Below are positions 38,701 through 50,368 of a stretch of DNA of 64,000 nt, piece by piece. The stretch is from Vitrella brassicaformis CCMP3155 (Eukaryota > Protista > Chromerida). Every line of letters begins with the position of its first letter. Position 1 is the first letter of the stretch. Made by a program: the position numbers and the translations under genes. The notes beneath the pieces were generated by a model. It saw only the letters and a list, made by a program, of their open reading frames with translations. It had not been told where the DNA came from and ran no database searches. The stretch spans positions 1,257-65,256 of the forward strand of contig CDMY01000495.1 in assembly GCA_001179505.1 (NCBI GenBank), in the 5' to 3' direction.

Positions 38701-39259
38701 CCCCCCCCCCCNNNNNNNNNNNNNNNNNNNNNNNNNNNNNNNNNNNNNNNNNNNNNNNNNNNNNNNNNNNNNNNNNNNNNNNNNNNNNNNNNNNNNNNNN
38801 NNNNNNNNNNNNNNNNNNNNNNNNNNNNNNNNNNNNNNNNNNNNNNNNNNNNNNNNNNNNNNNNNNNNNNNNNNNNNNNNNNNNNNNNNNNNNNNNNNNN
38901 NNNNNNNNNNNNNNNNNNNNNNNNNNNNNNNNNNNNNNNNNNNNNNNNNNNNNNNNNNNNNNNNNNNNNNNNNNNNNNNNNNNNNNNNNNNNNNNNNNNN
39001 NNNNNNNNNNNCCCCCCCCCCTGGCATGTCTTACCTCGATTGTGTTCCCATTCTTGTCGATGGTGGGAGTGTCGACGTCCAGTGCCCCGATGTTGGGCTC
39101 CTCGTGGTCCTGTCGCGCCGGGTCAAAGTGGGGGTGCCGGCCGTGTATCGCCTTGTGCAGCAAGGGCTCGGTCTCGGCATCACGCCCACCCACTCGCACC
39201 ACCATAAACGGCCCGCTCAACAGCAACAGAAGGGGGAGCACACCCGGCCGCATCGCCAT
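35715..39259 (-). CDS. Secreted FAD-dependent oxidoreductase (FAD_oxidored family, bacterial type) with a C-terminal discoidin/F5-8-like beta-sandwich
   Basis: Signal-like LPLLLLLSGP; DVVVAGGGSAG, GVLGGNMSSE, FIDATGDG, KREGRRFRGQYIMTQND, GGWNLDLH, AGRLASFSHVVFGSQRVMKTC; C-terminal ELVFDTG..PQPETV..ARIFEVRVY; spliceosomal introns present. Confidence 0.88.
38712..39011. other. Assembly gap (300 N)
   Basis: N run with poly-C on both sides. Confidence 1.
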
Positions 39260-39537
39260 TATCTCCGCCACTCACTTTTCACTCAAGCAATCACAGCACT
39301 GGGGATGGGATCAGACGGCAGGGGCGGGCAGCAGCGGCAGGGCCGATAGAAAATTCCTTCCACAAGGATACGATGACGAAGGGCAGGCAGCCACAGAACA
39401 AGGCAAGCACACAGCCAGACGCACAGAATACAAATGCCAAGGGGGGAGGGAGGGACTCTGCCCGCTGCAACAATCTGGCGTGTACACACCTGTGTGGCCT
39501 TGTTCTATCGCGTCAACGGTCAACGGCGGCTTTATTT

Positions 39538-39545
39538 AGCTCGCA
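39538..39545 (+). promoter_or_regulatory. AGCTCGCA motif in the FAD-oxidoreductase/PADR1 spacer
   Basis: TTAGCTCGCA, 100 bp upstream of ATG 39646. Confidence 0.5.
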
Positions 39546-39645
39546 AGTCGGCGGCGGGTCTCGGAGACTGCTCACGGCGGCGTCTGGAGTGGCATTCACG
39601 TTGATTGAGTGGTCGCCATGGTCAATTTCACCTTCAGTAGGTGTG

Positions 39646-40978
39646 ATGGGTAGCGACGAGGGTGTATCCGGTCACCCCATCCCTGTCTGCCTGTGACCTG
39701 TCTGTCGTATGTGACGACATATCAGGTGTTGGTCCGTCGCCCAACGCCCGTGCGGGGTGTCGTGGGTGCAAGCAGAAGATCGCAAAGGGCGTGCTGCGGT
39801 TCATGGCCAAGCAGGAGATCGACGAGGACAAGATGGCTGACATAGAGATGATGGACCCCCGCCAGAAGTACGCCATCATCGGACCCAAGTACTACTGCCT
39901 CAAAGCCGACTGCATGCGCGAGTGGCGCAAGAGCGAGAAGTGGTGGAAGTCCAACCTCAGCGACACCAGCCCCCTCCTCGGCGTGGAGGACCTCGACGCC
40001 GACCAGGTGGCCCAGGTCAAGAAGGTGCTGCGGGTGCTGTGTGGGGAGGAGGACGAGGGCGATGAGGATGACAGTGACGAGGATGACAGTGAGGAGGATG
40101 ACGACTCGGAGGAAGACGACAGACCCAAGAAGAAGTGAGCATCGTCCTTGTGTGGTGGTGGCAGACAGAGGGAGAGGGAGGGGGAGGGCGGTGTGATGGT
40201 TGGTTGGTTGGGTGGTTGGGTGGTTGGGTGGTTGGGTGGTTGGGTGGTTGGGTGGTTGGGTGGTGGTGTATGCGTGTGTCTGTGCGTGTGGTGTGGTTTG
40301 GTGTGGTTTGGTGTGTGTGCGTCATACTTACTGCAGGAAGGCCGCCAAGAGCAAGGCCAAGAGCAAGGCCAAGGCCAAAGCCAAAGCCAAGCGCAAGGCG
40401 GACGACGACAGCGACGAGGACAGTGATGGTCAGTCACACGCGCACACGGCTCTCCATCCATCCATCCATGTATGTGCGTGTTGTGTGGGTGCGTGTGGGC
40501 ACTGCAGACGATGAGGACTACGGGGGCGGCAAGAAGCGCAAGGCGAAGGCCAAGGCGAAGCAGAAGAAGAAGAAGAAGGCCAAGCAGACGGCCGGCGTGT
40601 TCCACTTCAACTCCAGCGTCGTCTCCCAGGCCGACGGGGACAAGATCAACCAACTCTACGAGGACCTCATGGTCCTTACCATAGGACAACTCAAGGTGAG
40701 TGAGTCGGTCTGGGTGGGCCTGTCGCCTCCCCACTCCCACTCCCCCACAAACACGCGACACATACACTGTGTGTGTGTGTGTGTGTGTTGTGTAGCCCGA
40801 GCTCAAGAAGAACCAGCAGAAGATCTCTGGCAACAAGAACGAGCTGGTCCAGCGCGTGGCGCAGGGCCGTGTGCTGGGCAGGACCCCCAAGTGCGCCGTG
40901 TGCGGCGCCGGCAACCTCGACTTCGACCCCATGACAGGCAACTACAGATGCAAGGGCTTCTACGTAACCAGCCACACA

Positions 40979-41017
<39 letters not shown>

Positions 41018-41169
41018 GATTCTTCTCTGTGTTGTGTGTTGTGTGTCAGGATGAGGACCACTACCAGCACTGCGGGTTCAAGGGTGTGGTGAAGCGGCTC
41101 AAGTGGGTGCTGCCTGGCGACGACTCGGACGACGACTCGGACGACGATGGCGACAAGGACTCCGACTGA
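39646..41169 (+). CDS. zf-PARP-like finger + acidic/Lys-rich linker + PADR1-like domain; no catalytic PARP domain
   Basis: SPNARAGCRGCKQKIAKGVLRF..YYCLKADC; LKPELKKNQQKISGNKNELVQRVAQGRVLGRTPKCAVCGAGNL..YRCKGFY..HC; stop at 41169. Confidence 0.8.
40205..40260 (+). repeat. (TGGTTGGG)x7 intronic minisatellite
   Basis: Seven perfect 8-bp units read directly. Confidence 0.95.
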
Positions 41170-43221
41170 CTGACTCTGTCACACCCACACGCCACACACG
41201 CCACACACGCCACACCCGCACCGCATGCTCGTATATCTTTAGCATACGCCTCACATGACATGTCACATACGAAGGGAGAGAGGGAGCGGGGCAGCGGGGC
41301 GGGAGATGGGGTCGATACGTATCTGCGGTGGATGCGTGGTGGTTGTGTTGTTCGCCTCCCTCACGTTTTGCCTTCTGTCTCTGTGCAGATCACTGCCTGC
41401 CTGCCTGCCTGCCTGTACATCGCGACTGCAAATCGCCTGTGTGGGGGCGGACCGACTCCCCCACGCCCAGTCGGTCACTGTAAAGTTTCTCACTCGCTGC
41501 CTCTCTCTCTCTCTCCTTTCCCCCCTCCCTTGCCCACCCACATAGCCGCCCCCGCCCGCCCTTTGCTGACGAGCTGGTTTGACTGATGTGGGTGGCGAGG
41601 GAATGCATCCTGACACAACACACACCATGCAAGAGAGACCAGGGGCAATTTAGCCGCAGTGTGCCCACACATCCCATCCACCATCCATCCATCCGGTATG
41701 ATACCACCTGTATGGCTGCATGCGTGGCGTGGTGTGTGTGTTTGTGTGTGTGTGTGTGTGTGCAGTCTACCTCTTCTCGCTCTCTGCCGGCCGGCCTGGC
41801 TGCGTGAGTGCATGTCATGTGTGTCGTGTCAGTTCAGTGACTTCCTGGATGGTCGGATGGGGGGATGGATGTGCTGTTTATACAGACAGACAACAATGAC
41901 TTGACAACATTGCTGACGGGGGATGGATGGATGGACGGATTGACTGACTCGGTTGGCTGGCGTGCCGACGGGCCGGCCGGCCAGCCGTTGGTGCGTGCGC
42001 CACACCACATGAGTGTCACATGACCCAATCGCCCATGTGACACGAATGCTGCGTGAGGTGCACCAACGGAGGACGGTCGGCACACCAACCAGCCCGTGTG
42101 GCCCTATTCGACATTGACTGGTGGGGTGGACTGTCATGTAAATGACACTACTTCTTACGTGTGCGTGGTCGGTGAAGGTAAAGGTAGGACATTCCGTCAT
42201 GTCATGGGGCGTGCCGTCGCCACTGACTGATGGGGGAGGAATATATGGCGAGGATTGCAAGAGCTCTTTTTGGTCATTCATTCATTGGGTAGCTATGCTG
42301 CGCGACTGACTGATTACCAGGTGCGGTGCATGTGTGTGTGCGTGTGTGCAGCTCTGTGTGTGTGCGTACTCGCTGTTTTTACTTCTGGCTTGTTCCACTA
42401 ACTCCTCCATGCCATGCCATGCCTTGCTATGCCATGCCATGGTGACTGACCCGGTGCGGTGCATCATATCGATGCCCACCCACATGCTCTCTCTGTGATT
42501 GCAATTTATAGAAACAAACAAGACACACACATGAATGACGGCAAAAGTCACTGACCGACGGACGGCCCACGTCTCTGTTTGCACACACACCCCCCCACGC
42601 CACGTCAGCTCAGCTCAGCCCCCATCAGCTCAACGGAAAAACAGCACCGAGCCAGGCCGACAGGTCGGCAGGCAGGCAGGTCTGAGAAGGAAAAACTGAA
42701 TATATATGAGTACACAATAACAATAACCAACGCGGCCTTCCTTCTCCTCCCCTCGTCTGAGCGTGTACAAGAGCCAAGGCGTGTCCTGTCAGACACAGAA
42801 AAATGACACACAAACGGACCGGACGTGTACAGTGCGCCCATTGCAAACATACGTGCGATGTCATGGATGGATAATGCTCCGATTCACGAGAGCCCAAACC
42901 ATCTGTGTCCATGGCATCCTGTCCTAGATGTGGTGGTGTAATGGGGGCCCTGCCCTTGTGAAGGGGCTGGGCTCCCATAACACCACACCACCCAGCTCAG
43001 CATGGCAGGGAACAGATGGGTTCTTTGTATCGAGGGCTGGTCCATTCCGTGTGCAAACAAACAAACAACCATCCCTGTACAGCCAGCTAAGCTATACACA
43101 CACACGACAATATATGTGTGGTCTGTCTGTCCCATGTAGGTAGGTAGGTAGGTATGTCTGTATGTCACGCAGGTCATTCATAATATTATGTCACGCATCC
43201 ATCCCTCCCTTCCTCCACCCC

Positions 43222-44711
43222 TCACATGACAGCGCATTGCTGCTGCACTGGGCGGCTGCATCGGTGGCCGTTGAGGCCCCAGTGGCGCCCGCACCGATAG
43301 CAGAACGCCGTGCGGCAGTTGCTGCACACCTGAACGCACACCCAAGCACCCCAGAAAGACAGGTGCCTTCCCTGTGTCACATATTTGCCGGCTGACCATT
43401 CTGTCGCAGCCAAAGGACCGCACAATGCGCAGCGAGCAGGTCGGACACGTCGCCGCACCAACGTCCCTGCCCACCTGCACACAAACCACACACACACACA
43501 CACACCAATCAAACGAACCATCACGACACACACAGCAAAGCATTCGCCCCCACTGACTGACTCACCCGGTAGTAGTCCAATCTCGCTCTCTCAGCCTCAA
43601 CAGCCCGGTAGGTCGACCGGTACGCCACACACGTCCGCCCGTCGTGTGTGGCCGAGCCAGCCCCGTCGGCCTCCCACTGCAGCCCACAGAGGATGCAGAA
43701 AGTCTGGCGGCAGGCATTGCACGTCACCCGCCGGGCGTCGGTGTGGCCGTCGCAGCCACGGGGAGGCCGCCAGAAGATGCGCCGGATGTTGATGAGAGAG
43801 GAGGGCTCGGCTCGCTGCTTTTGGTCGAGGGCGGCTCGGTCGGCGAGGAAGGTGTGGTTGCAGCCTGGCGATGGGCAGTGGATGGGCTCTTCGTCAAACT
43901 CGGTGCGGGAATGCCTCAGACCCATCGTTAGTGACCTGTGGGTGGACAGGATGGGGTGGACACAGCGGTGAAAGGGATGAGTGAGTGTTGCTTGTTGGTT
44001 TCATGTGTGTGGTGTGTGCGCTGACTGACCACTGTAGGTATCTGCGCCATAGGTCTGGTCGCCAGTAGCACGCGTCTCTGATGATGGCCTGGGGCAGCTC
44101 ATCCCGGCAGTAGAGGCACTGCAGCTCCCTCTTGCTCTCATCGAAACACGATGCCATCTGACGCCTGCACACACACATCCCACTCGCTCCTTTCCTGCGT
44201 GCCTGCCTGCCTGCCTGGCTGCCTATCTGTCTGTTTTGTGTTAGGTACCTAACCGACCTGATGCATTTGAGGCATGCTGATGCTCCGCAGGGCAGGCGCA
44301 CGATGAAGGTCTTCCGCCTCACGTACATGCAGATGACGCATTCGGTCACCAGATCTGGCGACGCACGACACACCAGCGTGCAGATGCCCTCGTTCACATC
44401 CCCCGTCGGCAGCAGCGTCGTGCGCACCGCATGGAACGCCTCTGAAACGAAACACGCACACAGACAGACAGACAGACACCACAGAGCATCTGATGCTGTT
44501 AACTGCTGTGATGTTGCGGGCTGGCCGTGTGAGTGTTGTGTGTCCGCTCACGTGTGAGCCTCCTCATGGTGGCTCGGCGGTTGTGCCAGACGTGTGGTAT
44601 GTGTGCAGCAAGGACGGTGTAGAGAAGTGGCACGACACAGGCAATTGAAACGGAAAAGAGAAGTATCGCCAAACCAACTGCAGGGTCTCCGTCGTTGCTC
44701 TTGACGCTCAT
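43222..44711 (-). CDS. RBR (RING-IBR-RING) E3 ligase-like protein with an N-terminal TM segment
   Basis: RING1 CVIC..LPCG..CLKC..CLYC; IBR CPSPGC..VTCNAC..FCILC..HDGRTC; RING2 CPTC..GCDRMVCSNC..FCYRC; hydrophobic N-terminus LAILLFSVSIACVVPLLY. Confidence 0.85.
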
Positions 44712-44873
44712 CAGCTCAGTGAGGGATGCCGCTTTGGTCCACAGCCCGGCGGCGTGATTCACAGCCTCCGTCCTTCAGCATCCTTCAGCCGATGATCGTC
44801 ACGGAGGTCGAACTCACCGAAACGCGTAATGCGGAAGGAAGAGGGAGGGCAAGTTCTCCGTCCGTTTTGTCTA

Positions 44874-44881
44874 AGCTCGCA
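44874..44881 (+). promoter_or_regulatory. AGCTCGCA motif in the RBR/hypothetical spacer
   Basis: CTAAGCTCGCA between ATG 44711 (-) and ATG 44899 (+). Confidence 0.45.
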
Positions 44882-44898
44882 CTTCGCGGAGAGCCCCG

Positions 44899-47468
44899 AT
44901 GAGTGAGGATTTCAGCGCGAGGAGCGACCTGCCAGCGCTTCCGAGTCACTTGGCTGTTCTCCTGAGAGATTCCATTCAGCAATTGCTCAAGCAAGGCGAG
45001 AGCCTTATAGGCGAGTGGGAGAGGTGGCGGGAGCTCGTTGAGCATGGGGGCGGTCATGACGAGAGATATCGCAGCATGGAGGGCTTCGTCAAGACCGAAA
45101 AGGTGAGGTGAGAGAGAAAGCGCCGCTTATTCTTCCGTTGACGCCATTGATTTCACACTGGTTGGCGGGGCCATGGGTGGCATGGTTTCTCTGTCGTGCT
45201 TGCAGCTTCTGGACCACATTCATCACCGGCTCCTGCGGCTCCAATCGCAGTACCGGGACGTCCCATCAGATGCCCCAGGGCCTCCCCCCTCCCCCCGCTC
45301 ATTCGACACTGCCATTCGGCAACTCGTCAATCGCATGGACAGGCTAGCAGCCAGCAGACGGCGTTGGGATCAACACACACAGACGCTTTACGAAACATGC
45401 CGCCCAACAGCGTCACCGGGCATTGCCATGCCGTCCCTGCTCCTCCACTTGCCATCCGGGACGGAAGGAAACGAGCTGGCCGCCTCTGAAGCGGCTGGTT
45501 CTTCTGTTGTGCCGGTGCGCAGGGTGCCGTCTGGTCAGATAGAGGGGGTGCTGGACGAGCTGAGGGCCACCATCCGGACGAGAGGCCAGGAGCTGGAGCG
45601 CATCAGGGCCGCCAGCCAGTCCAGGCCAAGACAGCCGTTCGCAGAGGTGCCGAAGGGGGTTGCCGCCCGGGCCGCGGCACCACGACCACGACAACCGGAC
45701 GAGGGCAACGTCTTCCGCTTTGAGGGCAACTATCAGGGTTCGGAGGAGGACCTTCACTTACCGGCAAGAATGCAGATGCAGAGGGCCCCGTCTCCTCGCA
45801 TCGCCGCTCCTGGGCCAAAAAAAGGAGGGAGACAAGAGCCCGTGTCTCCCACGAGAAGCCCACGGCAGAGGGCAGCAGGGGAGGAGACCAAAGCGCCTGT
45901 CGGCAAGAGGATATCAGGTCGCCGCAGGAGCACCATCAGCCCAGTGGTGGCCCGCATGAGGCTTGCAGAACAAAGGGAGGCGGAAGGGCGGCCTCTGTCA
46001 CGTCAACAGGGGGCCAGGCGCCTGTCAGCAGATGCACCCAGGGGATCGGCTACCCCAAGGCCTGCAGCAGAGCTCATTCCTGAATCGGCTCGTCCGGAAG
46101 GAGGCCCCCCGACGTTCAGGGACCAGCTGCGGTATCGGCGCATTCTGTCGCCTGAGCTGAACCTCACCCCTGGCCGAGAGTCGGCAGGTACTGGTGCTCC
46201 GGCCAGGGCTGCAGCTGCAGCTGGAGAGCCGCCAGAGGGGAGGAAGAAGACAGAGGCGCCGAAACAAAGGGATGAGAGAAGGGAGGCCGCCATATGTGCC
46301 AGCAAGGGAGTGCAGGCTGACCTGAAAGGGGAGAGGGAGCGGTCGCTGCGAGACATGGCTGCCGGCAACGGGAGGGTAAGAGCGGACAACGGCCACCGGC
46401 CCATTGAGGGCGGCGCTGATGGTGAAAGCGAGCAGGAGAAGCAGGCCAAGCTCAATGAGGACCTCACCATGTCCGTATGCTGACAAAGCACACACACATC
46501 GACTCGTTCGACCCATCAGTCAGGTGTGTCACTGTTTGTGCGCTGCCAGTATCCGTAACGATGTCACGGAGATCCAGCAGACCACAAGAGACGTGTTGGC
46601 CGTCATGAGCGGCCGAGAGGGGACAGGGGCGAGACACCGTCGGCCTGATGGTGAGGTTGCGAGAGGCCCGCCGTCTGAGACCAATGGGTGGGAGAGCAGC
46701 ATGCGGGAGCTGAGGGAGGCCAATCGGAGGATCAAGGACAGAGTCGCTGACATGCTCCAGATGAAGGCAAACACACACACACACACACACAGGGCACACG
46801 TGCATGTATGTCTCGAATCCGTGGGTGTGCTTCTGTGTGATTGTCTGTATCATGTCTCTCAGGAGGACATTCTCGTGTCCTCAGCCCCCTCCATTGACCG
46901 CTCCGTCAGCCAGGAGATCCGCAGGGCGCCCTCCCCACCGCCAGTGATCATCACAGGCCCCCACATCCGCCTCCCCCGCCAGCCTCTCCCCTTCCAACGG
47001 GCCCCCTCACCTTTGGTCCTCTCCGCCACCCGTCCCCGACCCCCCAGCCCACCAAGCCCCCTCCGAGTGCGCCCCCCACGGCATTACTACCCACCTCTCG
47101 GGCCGCAGCTGAGCCCACCGACCACTTATCGGGCGGTTGTGACCCCTAGAGCACCATTTTGGGCGGCGAGGGTGCGAAGTGTCTCGGAGGAGGAAGTTCA
47201 TCACATTCCGGAAAGGAGGCCGGTCAGCCCCTGCTGCGCGAGGCCGAGCCCGTGCCGTGCGCCAGAGGGAGAGGAGCCTGCATTGGCTGGTGACGGTGTT
47301 GGTTCTGGCGTGGTGCGGGCACTTCATCGCAGCCCTGGTATGCGCCAGCTGCCTGTGCATGACCGTTTGCTGCTGCTGGGTGGAGAGGGTAGTGAGAGGG
47401 TTGTGGAGGTGGGGCCGGCCAGCCGAGTGCAGGTCATCCCTGTGAGGCAATCGGTGGTGATGTTCTGA
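44899..47468 (+). CDS. Hypothetical Pro/Arg-rich protein with coiled-coil segments
   Basis: Exons 44899-45102, a long exon to about 46474, 46547-~46765 and 46863-47468 joined by plausible GT-AG introns; no domain recognised. Confidence 0.65.
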
Positions 47469-47986
47469 TGCCTACCTACAGATCAGCTCGATGTGTGTCC
47501 TGTACATGTGGAGAGGAAGAGAGACCGGCGGACTGACTGCATGATATGTTCCATCTCACATTTGGGCGTTCGTCACTGAGGCATTCTCGTTTGCTTCTGC
47601 CGCTGTTTTTCTTTCATCCTGTGCCTGTGTATGTGTGTGTGTGTATGTGTATGTGTGTGTGTGTGTATTCGTTTGCTCGTTCCTTGCTTACTGCGTGTGC
47701 ACGACATGACATGACATTACACCATATATGTAGATATCTAGGACCTTTGTTCGCTTCCATGGCCCGAGACGGACGCGCGACTGCATGCCATGCCGGCGAA
47801 AATCCCCACCGGCCGGGGCACGGCATGATTGAATGAATCGTATCAGGTCACGTGTCTGGACATGATATGCGTAGACCATCTTTCACAACACAAACGTCGC
47901 CCATTTACGCACACACACGTGTCTCTCATCAAGGCAGACCCCCCCCCCCCACACACACACACCACGCAAATGAATCGATCACGCAT

Positions 47987-50267
47987 TCACTTGCACTCCT
48001 GCACCTCTCGCCGGAAGTCTTGTTTGCTCTGTCCGAAGCCAAAACGAGGCTGTTTCTCCTCAGCAGCTGCCCTGCTCCGCTCGCCCGGCCCCCTCTCCTT
48101 CCCGCCATCCGCCTGACGCCTAAGGAACTCCGACAAGGTGGGGGTCCGCCCGTTGCTTGCGCTGCCCGCGTCTCGCCACGCAGACACCCCCACGTTAAGC
48201 AGAGTGAGATGGAACACCGCTCCCCCCCTCCCCTCGACAGCTGACTGGCCCGTCCACACAGGCTCGTCCGCGGCAGTGGGCTTGGCGGCAGGTGCGACGA
48301 TGTGCTGGTCAAGCAGCTTCTTCGCCTCCTGCTCGATGGCCGAGCCGATGGCAGCAGGGGAGGGGGGCAGCGGGATGCCATACAGAGGGAGGGGGGCGGC
48401 CCGCGAGTGGCGGCCGGAGTAGCCCATGCCTCGGAGGCGCCAGCTCAGCACCACGTTGGTGGGGAGTCGGTGGTGCTCGGCATAGTCGTCGGACAGCCGC
48501 TGGGACAGCTCAGCCACGAGAGCAGACAACACCCTGAGAAAAAGACAAAACCCGGGTAAATTCGAGATCGCCCTGCTTTCGGCAAGCATACCTCAGCGCT
48601 TGTTCGGGCGTGGTAACCTCCCCATCTCTCAGGGAGTCCTCACAGCTGAGTGACTTAGGCGGCCCCCCCTCCTGCACCGGCTCGTTGCCCCCGTCTGTAG
48701 CGCGTTCCTTAAGTACAGTTGCGACCTTGACCGACCCCAGCAGCCGCACCAGATCACCGACAGACCTCGAAGCTAGCTGCCCGAGTGTCTGCACCAACAC
48801 ACACATAGGGGAAAGAGTCGAATGTGAGGTGCGTGCTTCGGGGGTTGCCTTACGGTGATGCCGCCCTCTGTCAGTGTCTTCTCGTATGTGCCTCCGATGC
48901 CCGGCAGCTTGCGCAAAGGCAGTGGCGCCAGGAAGTCCCTGCAAGTCATACACAGCACGTTGACCACTTTGGTTGGCCCTGTTCACGAGTGTCGTCAGTT
49001 CAGTTCACTTTGGCCACCTGACAGCTGAGGGCAGGATGGTAGTCTGCATGTTCGGCTTGTGCAAACCTGAAGTAATCACACAGACGACGAAGGCAATGCA
49101 ACACCAATCAGATAAGTCATCCATACGTCCATCCATCCACCGCTCTTGCCATGCGATCCTTCTCACCTGCCACCATCTTGGACACTGGCTTGTTAGGCCC
49201 TACTCCCCCGCAGCAGGTCAGCCCCAGCCTCGTGTGGATCCGATCGCGGATCTCTTTGGCGATGATCGACGCTATCTTGTGCCGGCGAATGGTGCCGAGA
49301 GCGTTCGACGGGTGCGGCGGGGTCTCATATGAAGTCGGCGGCCATTCGGGCACCGGGAGGCCTAGAGGACCGAGCAGATGGGGGTCCATGTCATACCTAC
49401 AACCAACCAACGCAACAGCATCAGCGTACACACACATGTGCGGCTGTGGTTCTGTTCTCCTTTGCTGGCCCACCCGAGATAGGGCCCCTCCTCATCTTCA
49501 CTGTCCGATTCGTCCGGCGGAGGGCCCTCCCCATCGCTCTCCCCACCGCCAGCCGCAGTCTCGTCCCGCCGCCTCTTCTTCTCCCGCATGTGCGATATCA
49601 GCACGTCGCCCCACCGCCGCTTGCGGCCCCCCAGCAACGTCTCATCGTCAGAGCTGCTCGGCTCGCCCACCACATGGCCTTCAAACAACAGCAGGCTGTT
49701 CTCGGTGATGGCCCGTAGCCGCACCGCATCGCTGATGTCGATGAAGAACTCGTCAAGTGCAAGCTTCTCAACGGGGGGCGGGGTGCCCCTCGGAGAGCGT
49801 GTGACACTCTTCCAGGTCTCGGGCGCTTTGAGCAGAGTCTCCACACGAGCGTTAGCCTCGCGGAAGGGGCGAAGGTTCTCACCGTTGAAGAGGATGAGGT
49901 CGGGGCAGACCCGCAGCGCCTCAGTGATGGGTGTTAGCTTCTTCACACCTCTCCGCCGAGCCACATAGTTGCACGTGATCACCTGTGTGTAGACCAAAGC
50001 ACAGGGAACAATTGAATGAACGATCTGCAGTGGGCACTTCGGCAAATGCGCACCAGGTACTTCTGTGTGACTCCCACGGGCTTGTCTGCAAGAGCCTTTG
50101 GGTCTGTCTGAATGAACACCTGGAGGAGAAACCACAGCAGGGCTTGATGTGATGAACCACCGCCAACCAAGAAGATCCTGAAGTTTCATTGGCACCTGTG
50201 CATAGAAGCAGTCGAAGTCAAGATGCAGAACCACCCTGCCCTCCCTGCCGTCTTCCTCTTTCACCAT
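47987..50267 (-). CDS. POLI: Y-family DNA polymerase iota
   Basis: VLHLDFDCFYAQV, KPVGVTQKYLVITCNYVAR..GVKKL, NGENLRPFR, LALDEFFID, GLTCCGGVGPNK.VSKM, LRKLPGIG; the Q-K-Y-L-V and NGE-L patterns are iota-type. Confidence 0.88.
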
Positions 50268-50368
50268 TCCCTTTCGCAAAGCGGCGGTTTCACGAAGCAC
50301 CCTAAGCTTTGTGATCTCGCATCTCGCCAGAGTCAGATCTGCCGTTCAGTGGGGCTCGGCACACCGCC

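Noticed and set aside
3652-39011. Four equal-length gaps flanked by poly-C as a possible repeated element
   Set aside because: A fixed 300-N placeholder next to homopolymers is best explained by sequencing dropout.
35715-39259. Bacterial contamination or mis-assembly of the FAD oxidoreductase
   Set aside because: The gene has host-style microsatellite introns and a eukaryotic signal peptide and sits in a divergent pair with a host gene.
40205-40260. Interstitial telomere or CRISPR-like array
   Set aside because: The unit is not TTAGGG/TTTAGGG and there are no unique spacers; it is a plain minisatellite.
41170-43221. Hidden gene or ncRNA in the 2-kb convergent intergenic region (also 53227-54630)
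   Set aside because: Only short low-complexity ORFs and microsatellites; I could not support any tRNA, snRNA or snoRNA hallmark by eye.
39646-50267. DNA-repair gene cluster (PARP-like, RBR, Pol iota)
   Set aside because: The genes are unlinked in orientation and interspersed with an unrelated gene; chance adjacency is sufficient.
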